Shown here piece by piece: positions 49,086 through 60,071 of a DNA stretch of 64,000 nt. The stretch covers positions 3,348,001 through 3,412,000 of the forward strand of contig NC_089431.1 of the NCBI RefSeq assembly GCF_026210795.1. Direction: 5' to 3'. The stretch comes from Rhizophagus irregularis. Taxonomy: Eukaryota. Every line of letters begins with the position of its first letter. Within the stretch, counting starts at the first letter, position 1. The position numbers and the translations under genes are program-made. The notes beneath the pieces were generated by a model that worked only from the letters and a program-made list of their open reading frames with translations, was not told the origin of the DNA and did not search any database.

Positions 49086-51089
49086 ATGTTATCCAACTTA
49101 TCAGATAAACCTAATATTTCAAAAGATGACGACGAAATTTTCTTAATAAATATTTTAAAAGATTTTTATCGTAAAATCACCGAAACAAATGAATTTGATA
49201 ATTTTGAAGAAATGGCGAGTCAATGGATAGAACACGAACTTGAAATTAATGATAAAAATCCCGAAAAAATTCTTGAATCAATGAAAAATCATAAACAAAG
49301 TAATTTTTGGTTCACTAGTTTTATAGGGTTATTTTATCAACTCGGTATTGGTTGTAATATTGATAGAGAAAATGCGACGAAATTATATTTATTGACTATA
49401 AATAATGATATTGAAAATAATTCATTTTCAAATGAAGATTTAAATAAAGGAATTGATTCGTTTAATTCATTAAAAAATATAAATATAATTATTGGAAAAT
49501 GTTTATTATCATTATTTTATAATAATATTATTATAGATTTAGAGGATTCTGGTAGCGAAAAAGATTCTGGGAGTGAAAAAGGTGTAGATAAAAACAATGA
49601 TCAAAAGGAATTTACAAACCTTCTAAAATTAGCTAAAAATGGTGATTCAGAAGCTCAATATAATTTGGCTATTTGTTATATGGATGGTATAGGAACACAA
49701 AAAGATGAGAATAAAGCGTATAAATGGTTGTTAATATCTGAACAAAGCAAATACCCAATTAATCTGAGAGTGGATAATTATCAAAAAGGAAAATTTGAAA
49801 GATATTTAAAACTTGCAATAGAAAATGATTCAATAGCTCAAAATTATTTAGGACATTATTATCAGAATGGTAAAGGAATGAATAAAGATGAAAAAAAAGC
49901 GTTTGAATGGTATTTGAAATCAGCAGAAAATGGAAATACATTAGCGCAAAATAATTTAGGATATTGTTATGAAAATGGTATAGGAATAGATAAAAATAAA
50001 TCACAAGCATTTGAATGGTATTTAATATCTGCGGAAAATGGAAATGGATTAGCACAAAATAATTTAGGAGTTTGTTATCAAAATGGCAAAGGAACAGATA
50101 AAGATGATGTAAAAACATTTGAATGTTACTTAAAATCAGCTATTGCAAAATGTCCTGAAGGACAATGTAATTTAGGATATTGTTATTCAAAAGGTATAGG
50201 AACAGAAAAAAATAAAACAAAAGCTTTTGAATGGTACACGAAATCTGCTAATGCAGGATGTGCTAAAGGACAATATAATTTGGGTTATTATTGTGCAAAT
50301 GGTATAGGGACGACAAAGAATGAACTTAAAGCGTTTGAGTGGTATTTAAAATCAGCTAAAAGTGATGATGCAAATGCACAGAATAGTTTAGGAGATTGTT
50401 TGCAAAATGGAATAGGAACGAATAAAGATGTAAAGAAGGCATTTGAATGGTATTTAAAATCAGCTAAGAATGGAAATGCAATTGCACAAAATAATTTAGG
50501 AAACTGTTATCAAAATGGTATAGGAACAGATAAAGATGAAAAGAAAGCATATGAATGGTATTTAAAATCAGCTATTGCAGGATGTGCTAAAGGACAATGT
50601 AGTTTAGGATATTGTTATTCAAATGCCGTAGGAACGGGAAAAAATGAAATGAAAGCATTTGGATGGTATTTAAAATCAGCTAAAAATGGGAGTAAAATGG
50701 CACAAAATAATTTAGGAGATTGTTATAAGAATGGCATTGGAACAAAAATAGATGAAGTAAATGCATTTAAATGGTATTTAAAATCTGCTGTTGCAGGATG
50801 TGGTTTAGGACAATATAATTTGGGGTATTGTTATTCAAATGGTATAGGAACAGAAAAAAATGAAGTAAAAGCATTTAAGTGGTATTTAAAATCAGCTATG
50901 AACGGAAATTTGATGGCGCAAAATAGTTTAGGAGATTGTTATGCAAATGGTATAGGAACAGAAAAAGATGAAGCAAAAGCACTTGAATGGTATTCAAAAT
51001 CAGTTGAAAATAAAAGTACAATAACAAAAAATAAATTGGATTACCAGAATACAAAAGGACTTGATGCAAGCTGTTGCAGTGTGTGCTGA
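49086..51089 (+). CDS. Sel1-like repeat protein (12 repeats) ending in CCSVC
   Basis: Intact intronless ORF from ATG 49086; shares the family N-terminal domain. Confidence 0.9.
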   Translation: MLSNLSDKPNISKDDDEIFLINILKDFYRKITETNEFDNFEEMASQWIEHELEINDKNPEKILESMKNHKQSNFWFTSFIGLFYQLGIGCNIDRENATKLYLLTINNDIENNSFSNEDLNKGIDSFNSLKNINIIIGKCLLSLFYNNIIIDLEDSGSEKDSGSEKGVDKNNDQKEFTNLLKLAKNGDSEAQYNLAICYMDGIGTQKDENKAYKWLLISEQSKYPINLRVDNYQKGKFERYLKLAIENDSIAQNYLGHYYQNGKGMNKDEKKAFEWYLKSAENGNTLAQNNLGYCYENGIGIDKNKSQAFEWYLISAENGNGLAQNNLGVCYQNGKGTDKDDVKTFECYLKSAIAKCPEGQCNLGYCYSKGIGTEKNKTKAFEWYTKSANAGCAKGQYNLGYYCANGIGTTKNELKAFEWYLKSAKSDDANAQNSLGDCLQNGIGTNKDVKKAFEWYLKSAKNGNAIAQNNLGNCYQNGIGTDKDEKKAYEWYLKSAIAGCAKGQCSLGYCYSNAVGTGKNEMKAFGWYLKSAKNGSKMAQNNLGDCYKNGIGTKIDEVNAFKWYLKSAVAGCGLGQYNLGYCYSNGIGTEKNEVKAFKWYLKSAMNGNLMAQNSLGDCYANGIGTEKDEAKALEWYSKSVENKSTITKNKLDYQNTKGLDASCCSVC

Positions 51090-51120
51090 GAGAAAACAAA
51101 TCGACCCGATAAGAAATTCA

Positions 51121-51730
51121 GGCCAGCACTATAAGTTTTAAAATCTTAATTCCAGCCGAAATTGTTTGACGATCACTTACTCCATTTTTTTTTTGATAAA
51201 CTGATAGTTGGCCCGATAGGTATTAAAAACACTATTGACATAAGTTCGCTCAACTATAAATAATAGTATAAAAGTAAATTTGTTTTCATAATTTTTTATA
51301 ATCATAAAGATCAGTATATCCAGGATTTTAGGTTATATAGTAATCCGCGATACTGTATACTGTATATCATGACTTCAAAAACTGGTAGTCGGTGCATCGA
51401 TTGCTGTGTATATTTTAATAATCCCATTACTTTAAATTGTTAAATTAGTACTATTAAACTTTATAACTTCTATTCCAATAAAAGTGATCGTCAGTAATTC
51501 CGTGCTATATATAGTGAAATTATTTTTTTAAAAACTCATAGTTTTCATAAAGATGCTGTAATTAATATATTACTTTATGTTTATTCATTTTAATAAAAAT
51601 CTTAATTCTTGTAACCTGTAAGCATAAATTTTTTTGAAATATAATTTAATATAAATTTTCTTTTGTTTCTTATAAGTGAAACAAATATACTACACCATAT
51701 AATATCACCAAAATAATTATAATGCTGGCC
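51121..51730. mobile_element. Probable MITE with GGCC ends
   Basis: GGCCAGCACTATAA / TTATAATGCTGGCC inverted ends; internal GACGATCACTT/AAGTGATCGTC; TSD unclear. Confidence 0.5.
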
Positions 51731-51994
51731 AAAATTGGAATAACGCGGGCCGTGTTTACTATTAAATAATTTATTTGGTCACGTGAAATTTATAATTATT
51801 GATTTCTTTTTTCAAAAATGTTTATCACGATAGTAATAAAAGGCCATATTGGGCACGTTTTACACGAAACTTGATATTCTCGTGCATTATTTTTTTCCTG
51901 ATTGATTTTTTTTGATAATTAATTGTAATAATTAAACATATTCAATTACAAGTATGATATCAATTTATTATAGCATCTACTATATGTTCAAGAA

Positions 51995-52277
51995 TATTAT
52001 GACAGTGAAGGCAGAAGAACAGAATTTCTCCTGGGTTAAAGGTGAGGGTTTATCATTAACCTTACGATAAGCCTCCTCCTCTATAAACAAGTAGCAAACA
52101 GTGTTTGTCTATGTGGGCGAGTCCCTCCACCTGTTAAGTGACAAAAAGAGGGAGTTTTCGGTATTAAGATGAGATCTATCTCTCAGTGCTGTGAATGGTA
52201 CTGATGTCCACATTATATAGTCTGGGTATGAATATAAATTCATTCGTCTGGCATAAGTTATTTACATTTATATCACA
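51995..52277. mobile_element. Possible solo LTR
   Basis: GC-richer 283-bp block ending ...TATCACA, flanked by AGAA on both sides; 5' end is TA rather than TG. Confidence 0.3.
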
Positions 52278-52793
52278 AGAATTGTATTCTGATTTTTTAA
52301 TTTTAATGATGTTTCTCAGAAATATATGCATACTAAACGAATAATTTTAATAGGCAGCCAGTGATCAATTCATATGATTTCAGATTCATTAGATAGACCT
52401 TGATTTTCTTTCAAATGAATGTATATGAAGTTATTCATCACATATTTAAAATCTTTATAATATTGTAAAATCATAAAAATCAAAAAATTGAAATATAACT
52501 AAGTAGTTTTCTAATGTAAATTCATAATTCTCATCTAACTAATAATTGCATTTTGCTAGTTAATATTTAAAACTCCCTACCATGTTTATTGTTTACTTGT
52601 TTTAATTTAAGATCTCTAATATTATTTTAAAGAATTATTAAATAATTGGACTAGTGTCAAATTACGCAGTTACACACATTTTTATGTCTCGTAATAAATG
52701 ATATGCTTTCACATTTCTGTATTATTATGTCTGAAAGCTCATGTAAAATAATGAGATATTGTTATTGAGAAACAATTAATCGTCGCACAAGTA

Positions 52794-53435
52794 CCCTATA
52801 AAAAATTTTTCAGAAAAATGACCGTGTCTGAGTTTCTTCGGAGAAAAATGATCATTTACCGGGGTTTTTGGGTCGTGGCTGCTGACCTATGATTGTCTAT
52901 GACAGGAATGGAAGACGCAGGTTCGATCCGTCCAGCCAACGGATGCTCTATGAATTATACTGCGTGGGCCTATACCATAGGCCTAGAAGGTGTAGAATCG
53001 TAGCCCTAGGTGCGTAGATTATGGTATCACACCGACTTCGGTCACAACCGGGTTACCAACCAATGGTAAACTACTTCGGTAGTCGACACCCAGGGGAAGC
53101 AATCCTATCCTGTGCTACCATTTATGTTTAGTAACCCACTACGAGATAGGTCCTTTTATTTCTTGTCTATCCTGGCTTGGGAATTGTGAACAAAGAGAAT
53201 GTGAGTGGCGAAGTAGTATAAATATAAACTAAGCTTTGCTTAAAACTAGTTTTTTATAATTCTAGTAAGGGTCCGCTCCAGTGATTTTTATCGTTGGTTT
53301 GGACGAAGTTCTATAATGTTTTCCGCTACTTGTATTCGTTAGAATAGTGATGTGATTTTCATTGTATTCCTCCTTACTTAACATAGAATAAATAAATAAA
53401 TTTATTCAGAGTTTTTCCGGATTTTTTTTATAAAG
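52794..53435. mobile_element. CCCTATAAAAA-family MITE hosting a SINE-like insertion
   Basis: CCCTATAAAAAA ... TTTTTTATAAAG; TSD GTA. Confidence 0.65.
52870..53400 (+). mobile_element. SINE-like structured retroelement (Pol III B-box-like motif, multi-hairpin body, (AAAT)n tail)
   Basis: GGTTCGATCC at 52920-52929; two C(UUCG)G tetraloops; tail AATAAATAAATAAA; degenerate flanking duplication. Confidence 0.65.
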
Positions 53436-53667
53436 GTAGTCACGTCCATTTTATGTTAGCTTTACAGTACTGTATAAATGTAAAGTAATCACAACTTATG
53501 GAGGAATGAAAAGAATTATATTGAGGAATTAATGTATTACTATTATGTTAATAAAACACTCCTTAATTAACCGTCTGCGGTTCACATGCATGACTGCGCA
53601 CTAAGAGACTTTCATCATTTTTATTAGAATCTTTCGTAAATTATTCGATGCCGTTACCTGATCCAAT

Positions 53668-53907
53668 CCCAATAAAAAATATTGTCCAAACATTGTGTGG
53701 TTTTTTGTTCGGAAAATCGACCCCGTTCCGAACATTTACTTGACATTTATTGGACATTCATCATGATATTGTACGTTTTTTATGTGGTTAAAAATTCACA
53801 ATCTCCGCATCTTGTATTAAGTTGTAACAAATATTGTATAATAGCGTGCGAGTGTCCGGAAAACTGACCCCATTCCGAATATTTATCGGGCAAACATTTT
53901 TATAGGG
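53668..53907. mobile_element. CCC(T/A)ATAAAAA-family MITE
   Basis: CCCAATAAAAA ... TTTTTATAGGG; TSD AAT. Confidence 0.75.
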
Positions 53908-54154
53908 AATATGGTCGTACTTTATTCAATTTGGACATGTAATTGATTTAAACGAAAGTGAAGTGAATGTAAAGAATGTAAACGCAAAATCAATAATTCT
54001 CTTAGAACTGCGCGGTCTGCGCGTATATAATATATTACATTAGAACAAAAAAGATTATCCAAATTATGCGCATCATATGCATTACGTGCATCATGCGTAT
54101 GAAGGGTCTGGTGAAAAATCCCGAATCTTTCAATCCCAATGTCATGCCCCCTTA

Positions 54155-54339
54155 CCCTGTAAAAAAACTCGATCCGTTTTTTATATTCCATCTTTTTTCC
54201 GTAAAAGGTTCATATTTCCGGAAATAATAAACTTATATCACGGAATTTATCGAATTATTAGCATTTTCCGTGAATGGATCCGTGTAAGGCTTGTTCTTAC
54301 GGAGTTTTTACGGAAGTAACGGATAAAATTTTTATAGGG
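54155..54339. mobile_element. MITE, second copy of the 31288-31462 element
   Basis: CCCTGTAAAAA ... TTTTTATAGGG; internal sequence matches 31288-31462. Confidence 0.8.
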
Positions 54340-55060
54340 ATAACTTAATACACAGAAATGGATTGATTCTACTAAAAATGAACAGAGCTATTTTTACGTA
54401 TTGAGAACATTGCTTTCATTATACGAGAAAGCTCTTGACTCTTGTACACAATACGATTTGGTATAAAATTCCTTATTTATCGTTTATTAATTTTATCTCA
54501 CTCGAACCAATCTTATATTACACGTAGAAAGTTACGTAGTAATATTGTATAAAGTAGACAATTGAAATTTTAACTTCTAGATTAAAATTCCATTGAATTT
54601 CTTATTCATAATCTTTTAATTATCTTGAAAATAATCTGATATTATTTATTCCACGGTTCCTAATAATACTAATATATAGTGTTAAAATATTCCTCGTTTT
54701 AATATAGATCTTTTTCAGTTCAAAATAAGTTATTTATAAACTATTGCCCAATTTAATTTTAATTTTGGCCAAATTTATAATTCCGGCCAAAATTAATGAA
54801 ATCAAGTATATTTAAATGAAACCCTTTTTGGTAATCATATGGATTGATTCTTAGTTAGGAATGGGAGCGCTCGTTCGGTTCTTTGGCTCTTTACGGTAAA
54901 TTAAGTCGTATACAATCTTGCCAATCATATAATTCAGTTCGTAACGATCAATTAAAATAAAAAATTTAATTTGTGCATTCCGGTAAATGTAATCGATTAT
55001 CAAAAATAGCATATATGAAGGAAAGGATTGCCGAAAAAACTCGTTTTTAGCAAACTATTA

Positions 55061-55269
55061 CAGCTGATTTCATAATGTACGGGACACTTGGCAAATTTTA
55101 AAGAACTCGGAAATATTCGGTAAAGCTTTATATAAAATAAAAATACGCTAATTTTGGAGTACTATTCCGAGAATGGTGGTATAAATTTATCTTATTTTGA
55201 ACTTTACCGAATATTTCCGAGTTCTGCTAACCTAACTGCTAAGTGTCCCGTACATTATGAAATCAGCTG
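55061..55269. mobile_element. Tc1/mariner-type fold-back MITE
   Basis: CAGCTGATTTCATAATGTACGGGACACTT and AGAACTCGGAAATATTCGGTAAAG are mirrored at the right end; TA on both flanks. Confidence 0.9.
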
Positions 55270-55512
55270 TAAATAAAAACGAGAATGGGAAATTGGGAAT
55301 TACATTATCGGATACGACTACTTTTTTCTGACCCGATTGTGTTATAAAGATGTATTTATTTGGCATGTACAATGAAATTATATATATATTGGTAGATCAT
55401 CAGGTGGATGTACAAAATGTTGTGCCACATTTGGTCGGTCTTTTGCCCAAAAAGTCGTCAAAAAAAAAACGCTCTCTTTATTTAATTTAAATTATATTAA
55501 TTAATTAAAGTT

Positions 55513-57729
55513 ATGGATAATACAATTTTTAAAGGTGAAGAAACTTTTTTAAAAGATATTTTAACAGATTTTCATTGTAAAATTAATTTTATTGAAACGA
55601 ATAATATTAGTGATTTTAAAGAAATTTCGAGTAAATGGATAAAGAACAAACTTCAAAGTAATAATAAGAATCCTAAAAGAATTTTTAAAGTAATGGAAAA
55701 TCATAAAGAAAGTAAATTTTTATTTACAAGTATTATGGGATTTTTTTATCAATATGGTATAGGTTGTGAATTAAATAAAAAAAAGGCTATAGAATTATAT
55801 TTATTAGCTATAAATAATGAAAATTTTAATATATTACATTTAAATGATGAAGATAATAATTTATTTTTTATAAACAAAAATATAATTATCGGAAAATATT
55901 TATTATCATTATTATATTATAAGGATATCATATTAGATATTAATCGTAAACAAAATGTATCAAAATTTTCAAATCTTTTTAAACTAGCTGAGAATGGTGA
56001 TTTAGAAGCACAATATAATTTAGCTATCTGTTATATGGATGGGATAGGAACGCAAAAAAATGAAATAAAAGCATTTGAATGGTTTAAAAAATCTGAAAAA
56101 TATGGATATCAAGTAAATCAAAATAACTATGAGATGAAAGAATTTGAAAGGAATTTAAAACTTGCAATAGCAAATGATCCAATGGCACAAAATTATGTGG
56201 GATGTTGCTATCGAAATGGTGAAGGAGTAAATAAAAATGAAAAAAAAGCGTTTAAATGGCATTTGAAATCAGCTATTGCAGAAAATGTTGATGGACAATG
56301 TAATTTGGGATTTTGTTACGAAAATGCCATAGGAACAGATAAAAATGAAATAAAGGCATTTGAATGGTATTTAAAATCAGCTGAAAATGGAAGCAAATTT
56401 GCACAAAATTATTTAGGAGATTGTTATCAAAATGGTAAAGGAACATATAAAAATGAAAAAAAAGCATTTTCATGGTTTATGATGTCGGCTATCGCAAAAT
56501 GTGCTGAAGGACAATGTAATTTAGGATTTTGTTATGAAAATGGTATAGGAACGGCTATAAATGACAAACAAGCATTTGAATGGTATTTTAAATCAGCTGA
56601 AAATGGAAATGCGGTGGCCCAAAATAATTTAGGATATTGTTACCAATATGGTAGAGGAACTGATAATAATGCTACAAAAGCATTTGAATGGTATATGAAA
56701 TCAGCTATTGGAGGAGATGCTAGTGGGCAATGTAACTTGGGGTTTTGTTATTCAAATGGCATAGGAACCGTTATTAATAAAACAAAGGCATTAGAGTGGT
56801 ATTTAAAATCAGCCGAAAATGGAAACAAAATTGCACAAAATAATTTGGGTATTTATTACCATTATGATAAAGGAACATATACAAATGAGAAGAAAGCATT
56901 TGAATGGTACATGAAATCAGCTATTGCAGGGTATGCTAAAGGGCAATGTAATTTAGGATTCTGTTATGAAAATGGCGTAGGGACAGCTAAAGATAACAAA
57001 AAAGCATTTGAGTGGTATTCTAGATCTGCTGAAAATGGAAATGCGTTAGCACAAAATAATTTAGGCGATTGTTATCAACATGGCATAGGAACATATAAGA
57101 ATGAAATAAAAGCATTTGAATGGTACATGAAATCGGCTGTTAGCGAATGTGCTGAAGGACAATGTAATGTAGGATTTTGTTATGGAAATAGTGTTGGAGT
57201 GGCTAAGAATGAAACGAAAGCGTTTGAATGGTATTCTAGATCGGCGAAAAATGGAAATTTGATAGCACAAAAGAATTTAGGATTTTGTTATTCAAACGGT
57301 ATAGGGACAGATAAAAATGAAGCCAAAGCATTTGAATGGTATTTGAAATCAGCAGAAAATGGAAATGCAACGGCACAAAATGATTTGGGGGATTATTATA
57401 AATATGATAAAAATGAGACAAAAGCATTTGAATGGTACATGAAATCAGCTATTGCAGGATGTGCTGAAGGACAATGTAATTTAGGATGTTGTTATGGAAA
57501 TGGCATAGGAACTGATAAGAACATAGAAAAATCATTTATATGGTATTTAAAATCAGCTGAAGGTGGAAATGCGACAGCACAACATTATATAGGAGATTGC
57601 TATTATTACGGTATTGGAATTAATAAAAATAATGACGAAGCAATTAATTGGTACAGAAAAGCTTCATATAACGGAGTTGAAGAAGCAAAGAATAAGCTAA
57701 ATAATATTCTATCAGGTATTCAACATTAA
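55513..57729 (+). CDS. Sel1-like repeat protein (15 repeats)
   Basis: Intact 738-aa intronless ORF with the family N-terminal domain. Confidence 0.92.
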   Translation: MDNTIFKGEETFLKDILTDFHCKINFIETNNISDFKEISSKWIKNKLQSNNKNPKRIFKVMENHKESKFLFTSIMGFFYQYGIGCELNKKKAIELYLLAINNENFNILHLNDEDNNLFFINKNIIIGKYLLSLLYYKDIILDINRKQNVSKFSNLFKLAENGDLEAQYNLAICYMDGIGTQKNEIKAFEWFKKSEKYGYQVNQNNYEMKEFERNLKLAIANDPMAQNYVGCCYRNGEGVNKNEKKAFKWHLKSAIAENVDGQCNLGFCYENAIGTDKNEIKAFEWYLKSAENGSKFAQNYLGDCYQNGKGTYKNEKKAFSWFMMSAIAKCAEGQCNLGFCYENGIGTAINDKQAFEWYFKSAENGNAVAQNNLGYCYQYGRGTDNNATKAFEWYMKSAIGGDASGQCNLGFCYSNGIGTVINKTKALEWYLKSAENGNKIAQNNLGIYYHYDKGTYTNEKKAFEWYMKSAIAGYAKGQCNLGFCYENGVGTAKDNKKAFEWYSRSAENGNALAQNNLGDCYQHGIGTYKNEIKAFEWYMKSAVSECAEGQCNVGFCYGNSVGVAKNETKAFEWYSRSAKNGNLIAQKNLGFCYSNGIGTDKNEAKAFEWYLKSAENGNATAQNDLGDYYKYDKNETKAFEWYMKSAIAGCAEGQCNLGCCYGNGIGTDKNIEKSFIWYLKSAEGGNATAQHYIGDCYYYGIGINKNNDEAINWYRKASYNGVEEAKNKLNNILSGIQH

Positions 57730-59318
57730 TTATTACAATTTTGCGTTAGTAATTATTTAATTATTTATTAAACTATTTAACATTCTATATATAATACTTT
57801 GATATAAAAAACTGATTTGAATTACTAATAAATATCGCGCATAAAGTGCAGAGCGTATCATATAATGTTGATGAGCATTTTTTAATTTCCCAGAATAAGC
57901 GGTAAAAATAGAACATAGAAGGATATGACATATTGTAATAACAATCCTAACTTACTAACCAAAGCATAACTTCGCAACCAAACAATATATTAAATTGTAA
58001 CCCCGGTTATGAAAAGGAAGACCATGTGTACTGTAAATATTTTAAATAGTGTATATAAAATTTCCAGGAAAATTTTACGAGGCTTTAAAATATGATTTAT
58101 ACGCTAAATTTATAAAAATCGGGTTATTATTATTACAATGATTCTATTTGGACATAATATAGATGTAACATATTTTTCTGGATCTTGTGATCCATAAATC
58201 TATGATAATCAAACTCTTATTGCAACAACAGTTGTTAAAGTGAATAATAGTCAGGATGAAATTATAATTTTTGGTATATCATTTTTACCGTTTTTCGTTC
58301 TACTCGTGCGAATTTTATTTGATGTTCCGAGTTTTAATTTACCTTAGGAGAACCAAATCAATAAAATAAAGAGATAAAGACACATTTTAACTATCATTAT
58401 CAAAATGCAGATTCATAATTTAAATATCAGTATATGTTTAATGTGAACAGATCGGTAATCTTGATAAGAAAATTATATCAAAACCACCAAGAGAATGTTA
58501 AATATTTAAACATGAGAAATATCAATTCATTTAATATGACAATTGTATTCACAAGATATAGAACGAAACAAACTATTTTTCGTTCCTTATTTAGTTTTTT
58601 TTGAACGCGTGCATCATAATATTTGTTTTGTTGAACAACAACCCGGGCTATAGACTAGTTCAACAAAAAAATAATAAAACATCCGATTCTTTGATAAAGT
58701 ATTATCTGTTCAGATTCGAAAGGTGTTTTGTAACTTGTCAATTCGCCAGAATAATATCGCTAAGCTATATATATCAGATTTTTGGTTAAATCATACGAAT
58801 GATCATTAAGGATTTTTAGATCTATGTAAGGAGTAACGCCATATGCTTTTTCTTTTTTGTCGATAACTGATCCGCATAGACGTGAACGTCCAAAATCTGT
58901 GATCTTTATCGTACAGTATGTTGATGTACCATGTCCCACATAGTTTAATTATATTCAGATGGATATCAACATTTCCCAATAAAAAAACCTAAAAAAAAAT
59001 AAAATTACGATTTATTTTACATATGGATAACAAATTTCCTCTTAAATATTAAAAAGTACATGTAACTATTAACGAAATCTTTTTAATTACATACGTTGTT
59101 GTTGTTCCATTTATTTGATACATATATATATATATGTACAGTGTGAACCAAAGAAAACCGATAATCTTTGGAAAAATCTCGAGTTCTTGAAGGCATCATA
59201 TCCAATACATATTTTAAAAAGTACAATAATTTTTATAATTTGTAGACCATGTTATATTACTTTATTGGATTCGGATCATTTACATATACAATTTACAGAA
59301 ATATAAGCTATCACACCA

Positions 59319-60071
59319 TCAGGCTATGCTTTGATCTGAAACCGCACCATATGTTGGAGCAGAGACTTCGTCGTTACCATCGTTACTAATGAGTCTACCA
59401 CTTCTATTATTTTTTTCATAGAGTTTTTCATAATAAGAAAAGAGTGCAAAGCAGAAATAAACCTATTGATGCAAAGCAATCGTTAGTGAAAACTGTATAC
59501 ATGAAAAATAAACCACCTAAATCATTAAATACCTGCATAATATCAGCGAAAACTATTAATAACGTAAAAAGAACTCTGAGAGTTATATAAATGGCAACAC
59601 AAGTTTCATAATTTGATATTCTTTGACAATAATCTGAAGGACTATAAAAAAAAATTGATATAGTAAAAAAAGTGGTCACTAGGATGTCAATAATTACCGC
59701 GACCAAATAGTAATTGACAAAAATTGTAAAATATAAAATGTTATCCTGAATTAAAGCAAAACAGACATTAGCGAAGAATTTGATAACCTTAGGATACACT
59801 TGGGATTATGAAAATTTACCAGAATTATACCGACGAATCCGAAAACACTAGCAATAAGCCTGAAAATATAGAAAAATGCGAGTCTTGTGTCATAACTAAA
59901 AGTGACACAGGAAAGATTGAGAAACTATATTGTTTCGTAGAGACAGAGGTAAGTACAATTAAGAATTACAAAATGCTCCCATCGTTTTTGCAAATATGAA
60001 CTTACAACTGCAAAAGCGGCAATAAAAAGGACACCCGATCTAAATACACATGGAGCGTTATGTATGTTTAT
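59319..60071 (-). CDS. Small four-transmembrane protein (3 introns); start codon unresolved
   Basis: Spliced NAPCVFRSGVLFIAAFAV|FLNLS...VFGFVGIIL|DNILYF...DYC...TC...ADIMQ|VYFCFALFSYY...APTYGAVSDQSIA*; all GT-AG introns, in frame. Confidence 0.6.

Noticed and set aside
52876..52940. Functional tRNA gene
   Set aside because: A B-box-like motif is present, but I could not build a cloverleaf with D and anticodon arms.
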